Shown in pieces: positions 12,101 to 20,817 of a stretch of DNA of 64,000 nucleotides. The stretch is from Convolutriloba macropyga (taxonomy: Eukaryota), in NCBI RefSeq assembly GCF_964194025.1, contig NC_134470.1:37882001-37946000 (forward strand), read 5' to 3'. A program made the translations under genes and the position numbers. The notes below the pieces were generated by a model. That model searched no databases. It was not told where the DNA came from and saw only the letters and a list, made by a program, of their open reading frames with translations. Within the stretch, counting starts at the first letter, position 1; each line of letters starts with the position of its first letter.

Positions 12101-13483
12101 TTGAAGCGGAGAGAACGTGACAATGATAGAAGAGAGTACCTGAAGGGATTGGGGTTGAATGTTGAAGAGATCTGGGAGTGTCAATGGAAGAAGTGGAGGA
12201 GCGAAAACACAAATGGGGTTAAAGACTTTCTCAAGTCAAATTATCCCTTCCAACCAGCGATGAACAAGCACTCGCTCATTGAGAAAATTAAACGTGGAGA
12301 ACTGTTTGGTGTCGTCGATTGTAGTCTTCAAGTTCCAGAGGAAATGTATCCTTACTTTGAAGACTTTCCTCCAATTTTCAAGAATTGTGAAGTGGGACGA
12401 GATGATATTGGGGACCATATGAAAGAGTTTGCAGAACGCAACAAATTACTATCCAGACCCAGAAAAATGCTCATTTCCAGTTTCAAGCTTGAACGAGGAC
12501 CAGTTATTACACCACTTTTGTTATTTTATCTAGAAAAAGGTGTGATCCTAAAAGACGTCTTTTGGTTTCTTCAATACACTCCCCGACGCTGCTTTGAGAC
12601 ATTTGTTCAGAATGTTGTCGATGCCCGCCGCGAAGGAGACCAGAATAGGGAGTCAACAGTCGTTGCGGAGACAATGAAGCTGATTGGAAACAGTTCGTAT
12701 GGATATCAGATCATGGACCGTAGTCGACATACGAATACCAAGTACGTGAAAGGATCACAGGTGGACAAATTTATTAACAATAGGTTTTTCAAGACTATGA
12801 ATGAGCTACCAGAGCAGATATATGAGATAGAAATGAGCAAGTCGCGTATCGATCATAAAGAACCAATAATTGTAGGCTTCTTCATCCTCCAGTACGCCAA
12901 ACTCACCATGCTACAACTTAAATACAACTTCTTCACCCCTTTCTGTGATAAGAACAAGTACGAACTCATTGAAATGGATACCGACAGTCTCTACATGGCC
13001 CTTAGCGAGGAAAAAATTGACGACATCATTCGACCAGAAATGCAATCAGTGTGGTACTGGATGAGACAGAGCGACTGCAATGATAACTTTGCAGCAAACT
13101 CCAGCAGCAATTTCTTCCCACGAGAATGTTGCAAAAAACATGCTGCCTTTGACAAGAGAACTCCTGGACTTTTTAAGGAAGAATTTAGATGCTCTGAAAT
13201 GATTGCTCTTTGTTCAAAGACATACTGCTGTTACGATGAGGAAACAGACACAGTTAAACTATCAAGTAAAGGACTCAACAAGAGCAACATTGAGGAGCCC
13301 CTAAACAAGTATAGAAAAGTTCTGTTCGATGAGGAGCGAGTTTATTCAACAAATCGTGGCTTCAGAGTTGTTGACAACAAGAAAGTTTGTACCTATGAAC
13401 TAAAGAAAGTGGGACTTTCATATTTTTATCCCAAGCGTAAAGTCTGTGAAGATGGTATTCACACTACTCCTTTAGATTTATAG
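9158..13483 (+). CDS. polB: Protein-primed family B DNA polymerase with N-terminal C2H2 fingers, vOTU-like domain and inserted VSR-like nuclease
   Basis: 1441 aa. ExoI IVFDFES, ExoII FNSSRYD, KGFFPY, ExoIII YNNKDV; motif A DASQLYP, motif B KLIGNSSYG, motif C MDTDS. DNLCMFRALA is OTU-like; VDG...EAMGCFFH...EIWECQW is VSR-like. Confidence 0.97.
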   Translation: MPRNSNPKEQCSSCSKLIMKSNMSRHQKLHAKRCQQCSQSFPDDQKLQRHIASKHAPSLIQKKKFSCSSCNSTFSTYYQLLHHKRNNYQHSVPVAYDVDLSIYGDSPALYSELQTVQHFLRDSVLELSRKKVHNFKIMEINHETLIDKLDCVYNELPSSAKINISFGFVLQSVQNPEEFRYYYAADNNPVFLNPMVLADDSDLNYIKSKLREDEILPNLINQRPDTKWKFYCVTNVTFFVFLLSGVPLGCIAQNIPSVLLKNKLVKCFVSDCENKPYQDNLCMFRALAYELHGSNELQQNTMKLMQNFLSATRRDDETFPGIHEDDIPVLEALVDRNIQVYSIIFDEQSDMFAELTRRSSMKRSKTTSLLRYENHICWTADINKFLKKFRCYVCDQFFDRSFNLLRHMQNCSENTQHKYPTGAYQLSETIFERLEDVNINVPQELRLFSNLIVFDFESITVPDNTLRNTELTSWIGKHVPISVSISSNLISAPIFICNEDPPQLIRDFVSSLTNIAEKSMLLMREKLHDFVLELEEKYWAVRQLVPVKDKKVPTGAEDLLDNEAEPDGEEEEDLEIQRLRCELKMLSNLRQDFENYYSTIPVFGFNSSRYDLNLIKEYLLHHLLIERNVVPKVIRMGNKYIGMNFLGLQFLDILNFLGGATTLDNFLKAYGASEEKGFFPYEWFDSIEKLNVSQLPPIDSFWSKLKNHNVLSVDYDKFVQLKNGGMQEEAILKKLRLKKVPQNAEENYLELQNIWKREGMQTFRDFLMWYNNKDVEPTLEAMDKMISFYHSRQVDMLKLGYTLPNLANRFLHSSTDAAFFPFCEKDKEYDNYIRKWLTGGPSIIFTRYAKVGETKIRESENVCKSIVGIDASQLYPFSMTKEMPTGPYTKWEYNEETAKFHPNRNWRSYFEQQVMDYFQQVHPNCKIQTQFTHKKQKKLGPYLVDGFCNHCNTVFEAMGCFFHFCPCQEEKPLLFEDIESGLKRRERDNDRREYLKGLGLNVEEIWECQWKKWRSENTNGVKDFLKSNYPFQPAMNKHSLIEKIKRGELFGVVDCSLQVPEEMYPYFEDFPPIFKNCEVGRDDIGDHMKEFAERNKLLSRPRKMLISSFKLERGPVITPLLLFYLEKGVILKDVFWFLQYTPRRCFETFVQNVVDARREGDQNRESTVVAETMKLIGNSSYGYQIMDRSRHTNTKYVKGSQVDKFINNRFFKTMNELPEQIYEIEMSKSRIDHKEPIIVGFFILQYAKLTMLQLKYNFFTPFCDKNKYELIEMDTDSLYMALSEEKIDDIIRPEMQSVWYWMRQSDCNDNFAANSSSNFFPRECCKKHAAFDKRTPGLFKEEFRCSEMIALCSKTYCCYDEETDTVKLSSKGLNKSNIEEPLNKYRKVLFDEERVYSTNRGFRVVDNKKVCTYELKKVGLSYFYPKRKVCEDGIHTTPLDL

Positions 13484-13708
13484 CTCGTTTTCATTAATCT
13501 TATATTTAAATCGCCTCTTTACTTTAATTCACAGTTTTCCTACCAAAATCTCTTTAACAAAAGACCTTTTTTTTGAAATAAATGAATTAGATACAATTAC
13601 AAATACAAATAATTAAATACAAAATTTACAAACTTTTAAAGTTTTGAAAACCATTTGCAGCATTTTACGAATTATTGTTTAAACACTTCAAATTTTGGTT
13701 TTCAAAAC

Positions 13709-14104
13709 TTACAAAACATCAGCAAAGAACGTCAATATATGAAAATCATTTAAATATTTAGACGAAACTTTAGAAAATAGCACATGTGCAAAATAAATAG
13801 CATATAAACCACACAATTCTGAATCTTGGAGTTTCTCCTGTACTAATGAACCAAAGTTTGCTCTTGTCCTGATGCCATATTTTTCCAAAACTTCTCCCAT
13901 CGAATCACCGTAGAACAACTTTCCATTTTTATTTGCAAGCAAAATCCAGTGGGAGCCCGGTTGAGTAGATGGATCTGTGTTGATTATACAAAACGTGTTT
14001 GTAGGTAAATTTTTCGGTCGAAGATCTGCAGGGAAGGAACCGAGATATTTGAACTTTAGGTGTGGGAACCTGTTGACAACATTTAAGAGTTGTTGATTAT
14101 CCAT
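13709..14104 (-). CDS. Adenain-like (adenovirus-type) cysteine maturation protease
   Basis: INTDPSTQPGSHW, FYGDSMG and LQDSELCGLYAIYF supply the His/Asp/Cys triad and the oxyanion Gln. ATG at 14104. Confidence 0.93.
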   Translation of the reverse strand: MDNQQLLNVVNRFPHLKFKYLGSFPADLRPKNLPTNTFCIINTDPSTQPGSHWILLANKNGKLFYGDSMGEVLEKYGIRTRANFGSLVQEKLQDSELCGLYAIYFAHVLFSKVSSKYLNDFHILTFFADVL

Positions 14105-15335
14105 TTTTGGTGACTGATCCCTCCTTATCAATTGCAATTGAGCTTATACGTTCACCACTAACAAATAATTCTACAGTATTGGTCAAATTGTTAGCAAAGT
14201 AGAGCTCCAAACGAATTCCTGCTCCAACTACATCAGGAAAATGCATTTCGACATTGGCCTCCTGTGTTGAAGTGAGATCGAAAAATAAATGAAAATGATT
14301 TTCAAAATCCTTGTATTGAATGTTAGGACCGTCATCATCAAATTTGAGTGCTTTCATTGTTTCAGCATAAGCTCTCACGTGATTTTCTGTTTTCAAGTTT
14401 ACAATAGTTTGATTCCCACGCACAATTTTAACTTGTCGAAGACCAAATTTACGAAAATGGAACGGATTCGTGTTGTATGTTCCACTGAACTCATTATTCA
14501 GATTCATAGCAATATCAATCATTCGAATTGGTTTGTTTGAAAATATATTTTCTTGTATAAACTGGTTCTGTCCAGCGGGAATAATAAACGTCTTTGGAAG
14601 TTCTTCATTATAGTAAAATATGGCAGGTTCTCGAAGCAGTCTGCTTTTGAAACTTCTCATCCAGTTATCTGAGATCGCTACCTGTCTAGTAAAAAGGCAA
14701 GCTTCCAAAATTATAGCCTCAGAGTTCAGCCCACCAGTATCGATCATATAGAACGCTGGAGATGATCGGATCAATTTCAGTCTGAGGTTGACATTTGGGA
14801 GAAGTAAAGTTTCACAAGCAAATAGACCTATTGCCAACGGACCGTAAAAAGTAAATTCATCTTTATCTTTTTGAAAAACAGTATCTGTAAAGGCTCTTTT
14901 TGTAAAATCGTTCGGTTCAATCTCGTATCGATATCCTTGGCATTGGGATAAGCTCTCCTTGGTACCTTTTGTTCCTGAAAATTCAGCAGAGACAAAAGCT
15001 TGGTGAGCATAAAGAGAATTGGCACTGTGAACTTGTTCATTGTTTAGATAGACTTCGCAATTAGAGAAAAGTGAATGAAGAGCATTGTTTACCAATAATG
15101 TTTCTTCGGCATTATCCAAACGTGTTCGATCGCCTTTAATAACCCTTCCTCTGATGAATAATCGAGTAGATCGCAAGTCAGTGAAAATATTACGATCAGT
15201 TTCCAATTGAAATTCGATTGTTGATTCGTTTAAGGAATTTGTTGGAAATATTTGTTGTTCATTGGACCAAAGAATTGGATCTAAAATTGGAACTTTCCCA
15301 AAAAAGTCGAGCATAGAGTGAGACAAGGAATTCAT
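14097..15335 (-). CDS. Major capsid protein (double jelly-roll, hexon-like)
   Basis: 412 aa from ATG 15335. Polinton MCP motifs IEF..FTDL..TRL, NNALHSLFSNCEVYLN, LLPNVNLRLKLIRS, NPFHF, FDLT. Lies between penton and protease. Confidence 0.92.
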   Translation of the reverse strand: MNSLSHSMLDFFGKVPILDPILWSNEQQIFPTNSLNESTIEFQLETDRNIFTDLRSTRLFIRGRVIKGDRTRLDNAEETLLVNNALHSLFSNCEVYLNNEQVHSANSLYAHQAFVSAEFSGTKGTKESLSQCQGYRYEIEPNDFTKRAFTDTVFQKDKDEFTFYGPLAIGLFACETLLLPNVNLRLKLIRSSPAFYMIDTGGLNSEAIILEACLFTRQVAISDNWMRSFKSRLLREPAIFYYNEELPKTFIIPAGQNQFIQENIFSNKPIRMIDIAMNLNNEFSGTYNTNPFHFRKFGLRQVKIVRGNQTIVNLKTENHVRAYAETMKALKFDDDGPNIQYKDFENHFHLFFDLTSTQEANVEMHFPDVVGAGIRLELYFANNLTNTVELFVSGERISSIAIDKEGSVTKNG

Positions 15336-15375
15336 TTTAGCCGACCGTTTTTTATAATGATAATTGAGGAAATGA

Positions 15376-16176
15376 TCAAGTTTTTTTCTGAAATAATAAA
15401 GTAAGTTGAACTTGACCAATAGGGAAGAAGGGAACAAGCTGTCCAGCAGCGTTTCTTAACTCTACATGGATACTGTGGAAGTTCGATTTGATTACTTTAT
15501 GGAATCTCAAGTGTTCGAAACTGCGATAACTCAGAACCTGCGATCTCTTAAAAATCTCATCATTGTGGAACTCTCGGTGTTTGAATGGAAAGGAGCGTAG
15601 AAGAGGACATTTCACATCACCGACTGAATTGGGTTCAACTATATCCAAGTAGAGTAAAACTGTATGTGTTCCAGTAATATCAAAAGGGAGATCTGCCGTT
15701 GCCCAGGATTTAGTGTTGTATGATCTTTTCGAATAAGGCATAACAGGTTTGTCAGCTTCAACGCCCAAGTTAGCAGCCAAACTTTTGCTGAATGATACAT
15801 TTTGAGATTCTCTATTGCAAAAAGTTAGTCTTCGACTTTTTTTGTCGATGTTGATGGAAAATTGAGGATCTAAGTTTTTGGGATGTCGTGCTTTTTTGGG
15901 AATATCTGTAAGACTCTTTACAAATTCATCCATAGAGTTAAAAACTGCTGGTGGAATGGCAAAGACATGCTTAAATTTCTCATCGTAGTGAAAGGTCATC
16001 AATCCTCCTTCAACGTTATAACATATACCGGGATATGATACTTCGACTAAAGCTACTTCCCAAGATCCATCCAGTTCAATTTTGTCGGGAAGAAAATTAG
16101 TGAATGAAGCCATTGTATTTTGAGGATAAACTTGAGAAGAAGCGTTGGATACTAATTCAAGATAAAACGAATTCAT
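15376..16176 (-). CDS. Minor capsid protein (penton-like)
   Basis: N-terminus FYLELVSNAS..YPQNT..SF...L....L.GSWEVAL.E.SYP and C-terminal YLDIVE...VGD..CPLLR are typical of Polinton mCP. Confidence 0.92.
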   Translation of the reverse strand: MNSFYLELVSNASSQVYPQNTMASFTNFLPDKIELDGSWEVALVEVSYPGICYNVEGGLMTFHYDEKFKHVFAIPPAVFNSMDEFVKSLTDIPKKARHPKNLDPQFSINIDKKSRRLTFCNRESQNVSFSKSLAANLGVEADKPVMPYSKRSYNTKSWATADLPFDITGTHTVLLYLDIVEPNSVGDVKCPLLRSFPFKHREFHNDEIFKRSQVLSYRSFEHLRFHKVIKSNFHSIHVELRNAAGQLVPFFPIGQVQLTLLFQKKT

Positions 16177-16217
16177 GATGTTTGACTGTACTCTGTGACG
16201 TTTGTTTGGGAAAATGA

Positions 16218-16556
16218 TTAGTCAAGGTTCTTCAGAAAGTCTTTCCGAATTTTTTGCCGAACGATACTTTGTCTCGTGTTTTTCCTCTTTTTCATACCAC
16301 CACCAACCTGTTTTCGTATTGTTGATTTCGCAGTCTTCTTTACTGCTTTTTTAATTGAAGTCTGTCCTGATAAAACACCTCCAATTTCGGGAATGGCTGA
16401 CTCGATTACATCTCGTCCAATTTTTTTTGCTGCAGGTAAAACGTATTTCTTGAGAATTGGGAGAGTTGTTCTAGCGACTGTTCTAGCCAATGCTCCAAAG
16501 CCACGCCCTCTCTGACGAGGGACTCCTTTAAAATAAGGCAGATTGTAACCGTCCAT
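16218..16556 (-). CDS. Small basic virion core/cement-like protein with QxGxG motifs
   Basis: QRGRGFGAL followed by an amphipathic helix, QVGGG and a K/R-rich tail. Resembles the Polinton structural-module ORF whose QxGxG sites are presumed adenain cleavage sites. Confidence 0.75.
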   Translation of the reverse strand: MDGYNLPYFKGVPRQRGRGFGALARTVARTTLPILKKYVLPAAKKIGRDVIESAIPEIGGVLSGQTSIKKAVKKTAKSTIRKQVGGGMKKRKNTRQSIVRQKIRKDFLKNLD

Positions 16557-16583
16557 TTTCTAGCGCGACTAATTGAAAAATGA

Positions 16584-17528
16584 TTATTTAACTTTTGACA
16601 ATTCTTGCTCGTAAAAGATTCCATCAATGTTTTCTCCTTTCTGATCAACAACAAAGTAAGTCGGGAAAGGAGCCAAAGTGTTTATTTTTCGAATTAGGAA
16701 AATTTCATGTGTATAGTGAGGCTTATATCCTTTTTGAAAATTGTGCCCTACTAATACCAACCGAACTTTATCACCTACTTTAAAATTAGGCTTCTTGTTT
16801 TTTCGTAGTTTCATCCGCTTGTACATGACAGTCAAAAAGTCAGCATTGACTACATTTTTGGGTGCCAAACCAATACTTCGATTTATTCTAGAGTTGATGA
16901 TGTCAACAAACATTTGCAGGTCTCTGATGTAAGATAATGTGTCCTTTTCCTCCAGGTAGCGGTAAATTAAGTTTTTCAGGGTTCGTATAGCTCTCTCGCC
17001 AAAAGCTACTTTTGTTTCACTATAAGTGTGATAATATTTGACTCCCACATCCTCGCAGAAATTGGCCATATCTCCAAAAAACTCTTTTCCTTGATCTAGC
17101 CATAACTTTTTTGGGAAATTGAGTTCGTTCTTTTTCGAACACATTTTGATAAAAGCTGCTTTCACACCCTCTGGTCTTTTGCTTCGTAATGCTTCTACTC
17201 GCAAGAATCGAGAAAAAACATCGACAGTAACGAGTAAAAAGTTGATACCTCGGTTCCATTGTGATAGTTTATCCATTTGTGCAAGATCCAAGCACCAAAT
17301 CTCATCAATATAGCGAGCATGCGCATTTAGCCGGGGAAATTTTCGTCTGATTCCTTTGTACTTCGTATAAGAGTCTTTTGACTGTAAAAAATCGGTAACT
17401 CTCTCGCGACTGATTCCACTTGATTTTGTTAGGTTATTGATAGAACCGAAAGCTGTTGGTCCCTTCCCTTTATACAACTTCTGCAATTTGATTCTATCTG
17501 AAACTGTAATTGAACCAGTCTGAGCCAT
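16584..17528 (-). CDS. int: Retroviral-like (DDE) integrase, no C-terminal chromodomain
   Basis: WCLDL (D), VDVFSRF, WLDQGKEF (D), GERAIRTLK (E), FKVGDKVR, GIFYEQEL, then stop. Confidence 0.95.
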   Translation of the reverse strand: MAQTGSITVSDRIKLQKLYKGKGPTAFGSINNLTKSSGISRERVTDFLQSKDSYTKYKGIRRKFPRLNAHARYIDEIWCLDLAQMDKLSQWNRGINFLLVTVDVFSRFLRVEALRSKRPEGVKAAFIKMCSKKNELNFPKKLWLDQGKEFFGDMANFCEDVGVKYYHTYSETKVAFGERAIRTLKNLIYRYLEEKDTLSYIRDLQMFVDIINSRINRSIGLAPKNVVNADFLTVMYKRMKLRKNKKPNFKVGDKVRLVLVGHNFQKGYKPHYTHEIFLIRKINTLAPFPTYFVVDQKGENIDGIFYEQELSKVK

Positions 17529-17964
17529 ACTGTGTCCTCAAAATGTTGTTTTTAACCAGATGTGGTCTCAGATTTAGAACTTTAAGAATAAGGAAATAGT
17601 TTGGATCAACTGGAGCGTTCTTCAATTTAATTGAATGAAGGAATGTTTTTATATCAACTCCTGTGTCAACGTTGTCAACAATAATTGTATTGGAAAGTGA
17701 AATTTTTAACCGTTTGTTTTCGTAAATCTCTTTCAAAGTTTTCAATGTCTCAGGATAGTTCTTATAGTGAAATTCCAGGTCTGTCTTAAGTTCTTTAGGT
17801 GGACGCTCGGTTTTTTCGGAACTAACTTCTTCTTTCACTTTTTTGATAACTGGGAAAACAGTTTCTTCCTTTTTATAGATCTCGCAGGAGGGTTCCGGTA
17901 ATTTCCTTTTTCTGGTCTCCCACAGTTCTTTTGGAACAAGAACAAACTTTTTGACCTCACTCAT
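17494..17964 (-). CDS. Polinton conserved hypothetical protein (KKxVLVP N-terminus, PZ-like)
   Basis: MSEVKKFVLVP N-terminus and C-terminal QYGSDW. Overlaps both neighbours in the gene block. Confidence 0.65.
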   Translation of the reverse strand: MSEVKKFVLVPKELWETRKRKLPEPSCEIYKKEETVFPVIKKVKEEVSSEKTERPPKELKTDLEFHYKNYPETLKTLKEIYENKRLKISLSNTIIVDNVDTGVDIKTFLHSIKLKNAPVDPNYFLILKVLNLRPHLVKNNILRTQYGSDWFNYSFR

Positions 17965-18277
17965 TGAAGAAAGTTGAAAATTTGTTCATACAAGGTTGAT
18001 ATATGTACCCTAATATTTTTATTCCAGCTTTCGAGCCCAAAATAAGTCTTCTGGAATTGAGGGTTGTTGATTTTGACGTGAGCTTTCTAAGTTGTTTTTG
18101 GAAGCGAACAAACTGATTTTTTCTTACTCCTGTGAGGTTTCCTTCAATCAAGTTTACAATACACTCACAGAGAAATCTGATGAACTCTTTAGGACAATTT
18201 AGAAGGAAAGCTGGTTGAAATTTCTTGCTGAGATTCCGAAAGAGCTTCAGAGTATAATAGTTCTGTGCGTTTATCAT
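17957..18277 (-). CDS. Polinton conserved small protein (PW-like)
   Basis: FIRFLCECIVNLIEGNL motif. ATG at 18277; the ORF-track start at 18313 is a TTG. Confidence 0.75.
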   Translation of the reverse strand: MINAQNYYTLKLFRNLSKKFQPAFLLNCPKEFIRFLCECIVNLIEGNLTGVRKNQFVRFQKQLRKLTSKSTTLNSRRLILGSKAGIKILGYIYQPCMNKFSTFFNE

Positions 18278-18929
18278 TAATATCAGTAATACGAGCACGA
18301 CTGTTCGGTACAAAGAATTCTGAGGGAAATGATGTTACATTTGAACAGTATCTCAACAAATCAGGTGTAGATGGTCTCAAATCAATCATAAGATGACCAT
18401 ATGGTTCTTCTGTTGCATCATCATACCAATCTTTTAGTTGTCTTCCGAGACCTAGCTGTCTTCCCAAGATATCAATCTGCTGCACATCTCTCGGTGATTT
18501 GAACAAAACAATGTGAGTAGTCTGCAGCTCGGCATCACGTCCAGTTTTGTTTTTGTGGAAGAGATTATGCTTGATATATACACAATTTAGGTTTCGATGT
18601 CTACCGGCTGTCGCAATTCCGTTGAATTTTTCCGACTAGGAAAGAATGTCCAATGAATCATCGAATATAAGTAAATATTTAGTACCGTCAGCGGGTAAGT
18701 TATCGATTAAATCAAAGTCAACTCCCTGAATGAATTCTATATCTGCAATTGATTGCATCATTGTGTCGTAAATTGGCTGAAAGTGCTTATAAAAGTATAA
18801 AATTCGATCAAATGATGGTTGAAAAGTTTTCATTCGTAGCATATCATTGATAAAAACAGTTTTTCCAGATCCGGAAGGACCAACAAGATACATCAAAATT
18901 CGTTCGTTTGTTGAAATGATTTTGTTCAT
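18189..18929 (-). pseudogene. FtsK/A32-type genome-packaging ATPase interrupted by a single in-frame TAG (18636-18638)
   Basis: Walker A GPSGSGKT and Walker B LLIFDD. Reading past the TAG gives SEKFNGIATAGRHRNLNCVYIKHNLF...LQTTHIVLFKSPRD...PYGHLMIDL in frame. Confidence 0.93.
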
Positions 18930-18930
18930 T

Positions 18931-19185
18931 TTATGTTCTGGGATTAGGAAGTATATAACCAACGGCACTTGAAAGAATAGCAATCCAAACTGTTCGCTCG
19001 TCACAAGTTCTAGCAAAAATAAGATTAATAATTGAAAACAGAAGCAGTACTAATACAACTAAGCACTGAAATATTGACAAAAAAGCTGTTCGAGAGCAAG
19101 TGCGACCACAGATTTTCCAAGGAGGTCTTTCTTGATTGTTATTATCAAAAATAAAGTCAGATGCGTGATTGAGATGATCTGTCAT
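18931..19185 (-). CDS. Small two-transmembrane-helix protein
   Basis: Two hydrophobic segments and a C-terminal GYILPNP. Has its own Inr/DPE-like promoter and abuts the ATPase ATG. Confidence 0.75.
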   Translation of the reverse strand: MTDHLNHASDFIFDNNNQERPPWKICGRTCSRTAFLSIFQCLVVLVLLLFSIINLIFARTCDERTVWIAILSSAVGYILPNPRT

Positions 19186-19227
19186 TAGAGAGCAACTGAT
19201 TTTTGTTCGTCTTTAGGAAATAATGAT

Positions 19228-19626
19228 TCACACTTTGATAAATTGGAATCGTGGTGACATTTTCAAAAAACAACAATATGCAAGACCTGTTATATGTCCC
19301 AAGAAACAAAAATTCAATATAGAATTAAAAAATGGAACCATGTAACAATATCCAGGACCAATATTTAGATTTGTTTTCAGGTATCCTGCGGCATCATGAA
19401 ATGTAGCATGTAATCGAAAAATTTTTGACCAATTGAGAAGTTTTTCTAACTTTGAGTCACCAACTCCTATTAGTCCCCCAAACGGAGCTTCTCTGTTGAT
19501 TTTATCCAGATCTAAATTTTTGTTCAAGCTTCGACAGACAGCCAAAAAATAATTTTTGCGTTTTGTATTTCCAACAAAAAGTTTACTGATTTCTTTCTCT
19601 AACGCTACAATTTCCTCAATGTTCAT
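19228..19626 (-). CDS. Phospholipase A2-like (PLA2X) protein
   Basis: GGLIGVG loop and LHATFHDAAGY (HD catalytic motif), then GPGYCY. ATG 19626 lies just after the Inr/DPE-like motif. Confidence 0.65.
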   Translation of the reverse strand: MNIEEIVALEKEISKLFVGNTKRKNYFLAVCRSLNKNLDLDKINREAPFGGLIGVGDSKLEKLLNWSKIFRLHATFHDAAGYLKTNLNIGPGYCYMVPFFNSILNFCFLGHITGLAYCCFLKMSPRFQFIKV

Positions 19627-19713
19627 ATCAAGCAACTGTACTGGAACATTAAATTTTAAAAAGTGATTAAAGACAAACATCACAACATACAATATAAAAA
19701 TTTTCAATAACTT

Positions 19714-20463
19714 TTATGCACTTTGCGATCTTTTTTGGTTTTTGACTTTGTTCAGCACTGAAATAATTTCATCGCTCATTCTGTGTAGTTTCTCCATCTC
19801 GCCAATTCTGACCGAAAGAAAGCATTTCCTTCTAAAACTGTCCTTTTCAGTCCCTCGTGTGAACAGCTTGATTGTGAAATAACATCGATTCGGATCATCT
19901 TGGAAAAATATTCTAGTCACACACACCTTCCGTCGAGCAGTCTCACTCACCTCCCAGAACACATCAAATTTTGCTTTTTCCTCAACATCAGTTGGTTGGA
20001 ACACAGTTTCGTCAATCACCAGCTTCGCAGTACCTACAGTAGGTTCGAACAGTAGTGCTTCTTTTATCATCTCAGGTATCTTTTCAATAACAAGCTTCAA
20101 TTCTCTGGCCGATAGCATCAGAAATTGATGCAGAACATATTCACTTTCCACATTTTCGCGAAATACTTTCAAGTGAGTCCAGTTAGAGTTTGTGTTGATT
20201 GTTTCCTCTGGGATGCTGATTTGAAACTTCCGGTTCCCGTATTCTTGAAAGGACCAACAGTTGTTTCTTCCATCGTGCTCCTCATTTGGTTTTGAGTCGG
20301 TGTTGTCTTTTTTATCGTTGTTGTCTTTAAATAGAGAAAACATGCTCTCATTGTGGTATTCCAATTGTGGTGAGGGAACAACTGGTTTTCCTTTGTAATC
20401 TCGTTTACGGATGGGAAAGGAGAATGGTTTTTTGGAGTTAGGAGAGACAGAGCTTTGATCCAT
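19714..20463 (-). CDS. Hypothetical protein with two internal repeats, probably tandem PC4-like ssDNA-binding domains
   Basis: WSFQEYGNRKFQIS..THLKVF..FLMLSARELKLV is repeated as WEVSETARRKVCVT..FTIKLF..FLSVRIGEMEKL. Confidence 0.6.
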   Translation of the reverse strand: MDQSSVSPNSKKPFSFPIRKRDYKGKPVVPSPQLEYHNESMFSLFKDNNDKKDNTDSKPNEEHDGRNNCWSFQEYGNRKFQISIPEETINTNSNWTHLKVFRENVESEYVLHQFLMLSARELKLVIEKIPEMIKEALLFEPTVGTAKLVIDETVFQPTDVEEKAKFDVFWEVSETARRKVCVTRIFFQDDPNRCYFTIKLFTRGTEKDSFRRKCFLSVRIGEMEKLHRMSDEIISVLNKVKNQKRSQSA

Positions 20464-20525
20464 CTGTGAAATGAGAATGTGAATTATTTAAAGTTTTTAA
20501 AGCAGAAAATTTGGGTCTACAAGGG

Positions 20526-20781
20526 TAACTGAATATTGAAATCGCAAAGAAACAAATGAATGAATTGTCTTTAAGAAAGGGCTGGATATCTTGAACCAAT
20601 GAAATTTAAGTAAGAACGAGAACAGTTGCGAAAAATAAACTTCGTATCCAATGAGATGTTATAAAATAATTCGTAACCAATGAAAATAGAGCGTGCATCA
20701 TGACGTAATAGTTATGTCACTTCTATTTTTAGTAACATCACGTGATGCCAAAGATGAGTTTTCTATATTTAGTCACGTGAG
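20526..20781 (-). promoter_or_regulatory. Promoter of the 19714-20463 gene: Inr+DPE, three CCAAT boxes, CRE-like site, two E-boxes
   Basis: Inr +1 at 20557 and AGTTA at +28..+32. CCAAT at 20596, 20648 and 20677; TGACGTAA at 20701; TCACGTGA at 20738 and 20773. Confidence 0.6.
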
Positions 20782-20817
20782 GGTGAATTTAGCATCGAAC
20801 AAAAGCGAGTTATCTCT

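Noticed and set aside
9309-17313. Short ORFs overlapping or antisense to Polinton genes
   Set aside because: Shadow frames with no motifs, many starting at non-ATG codons.
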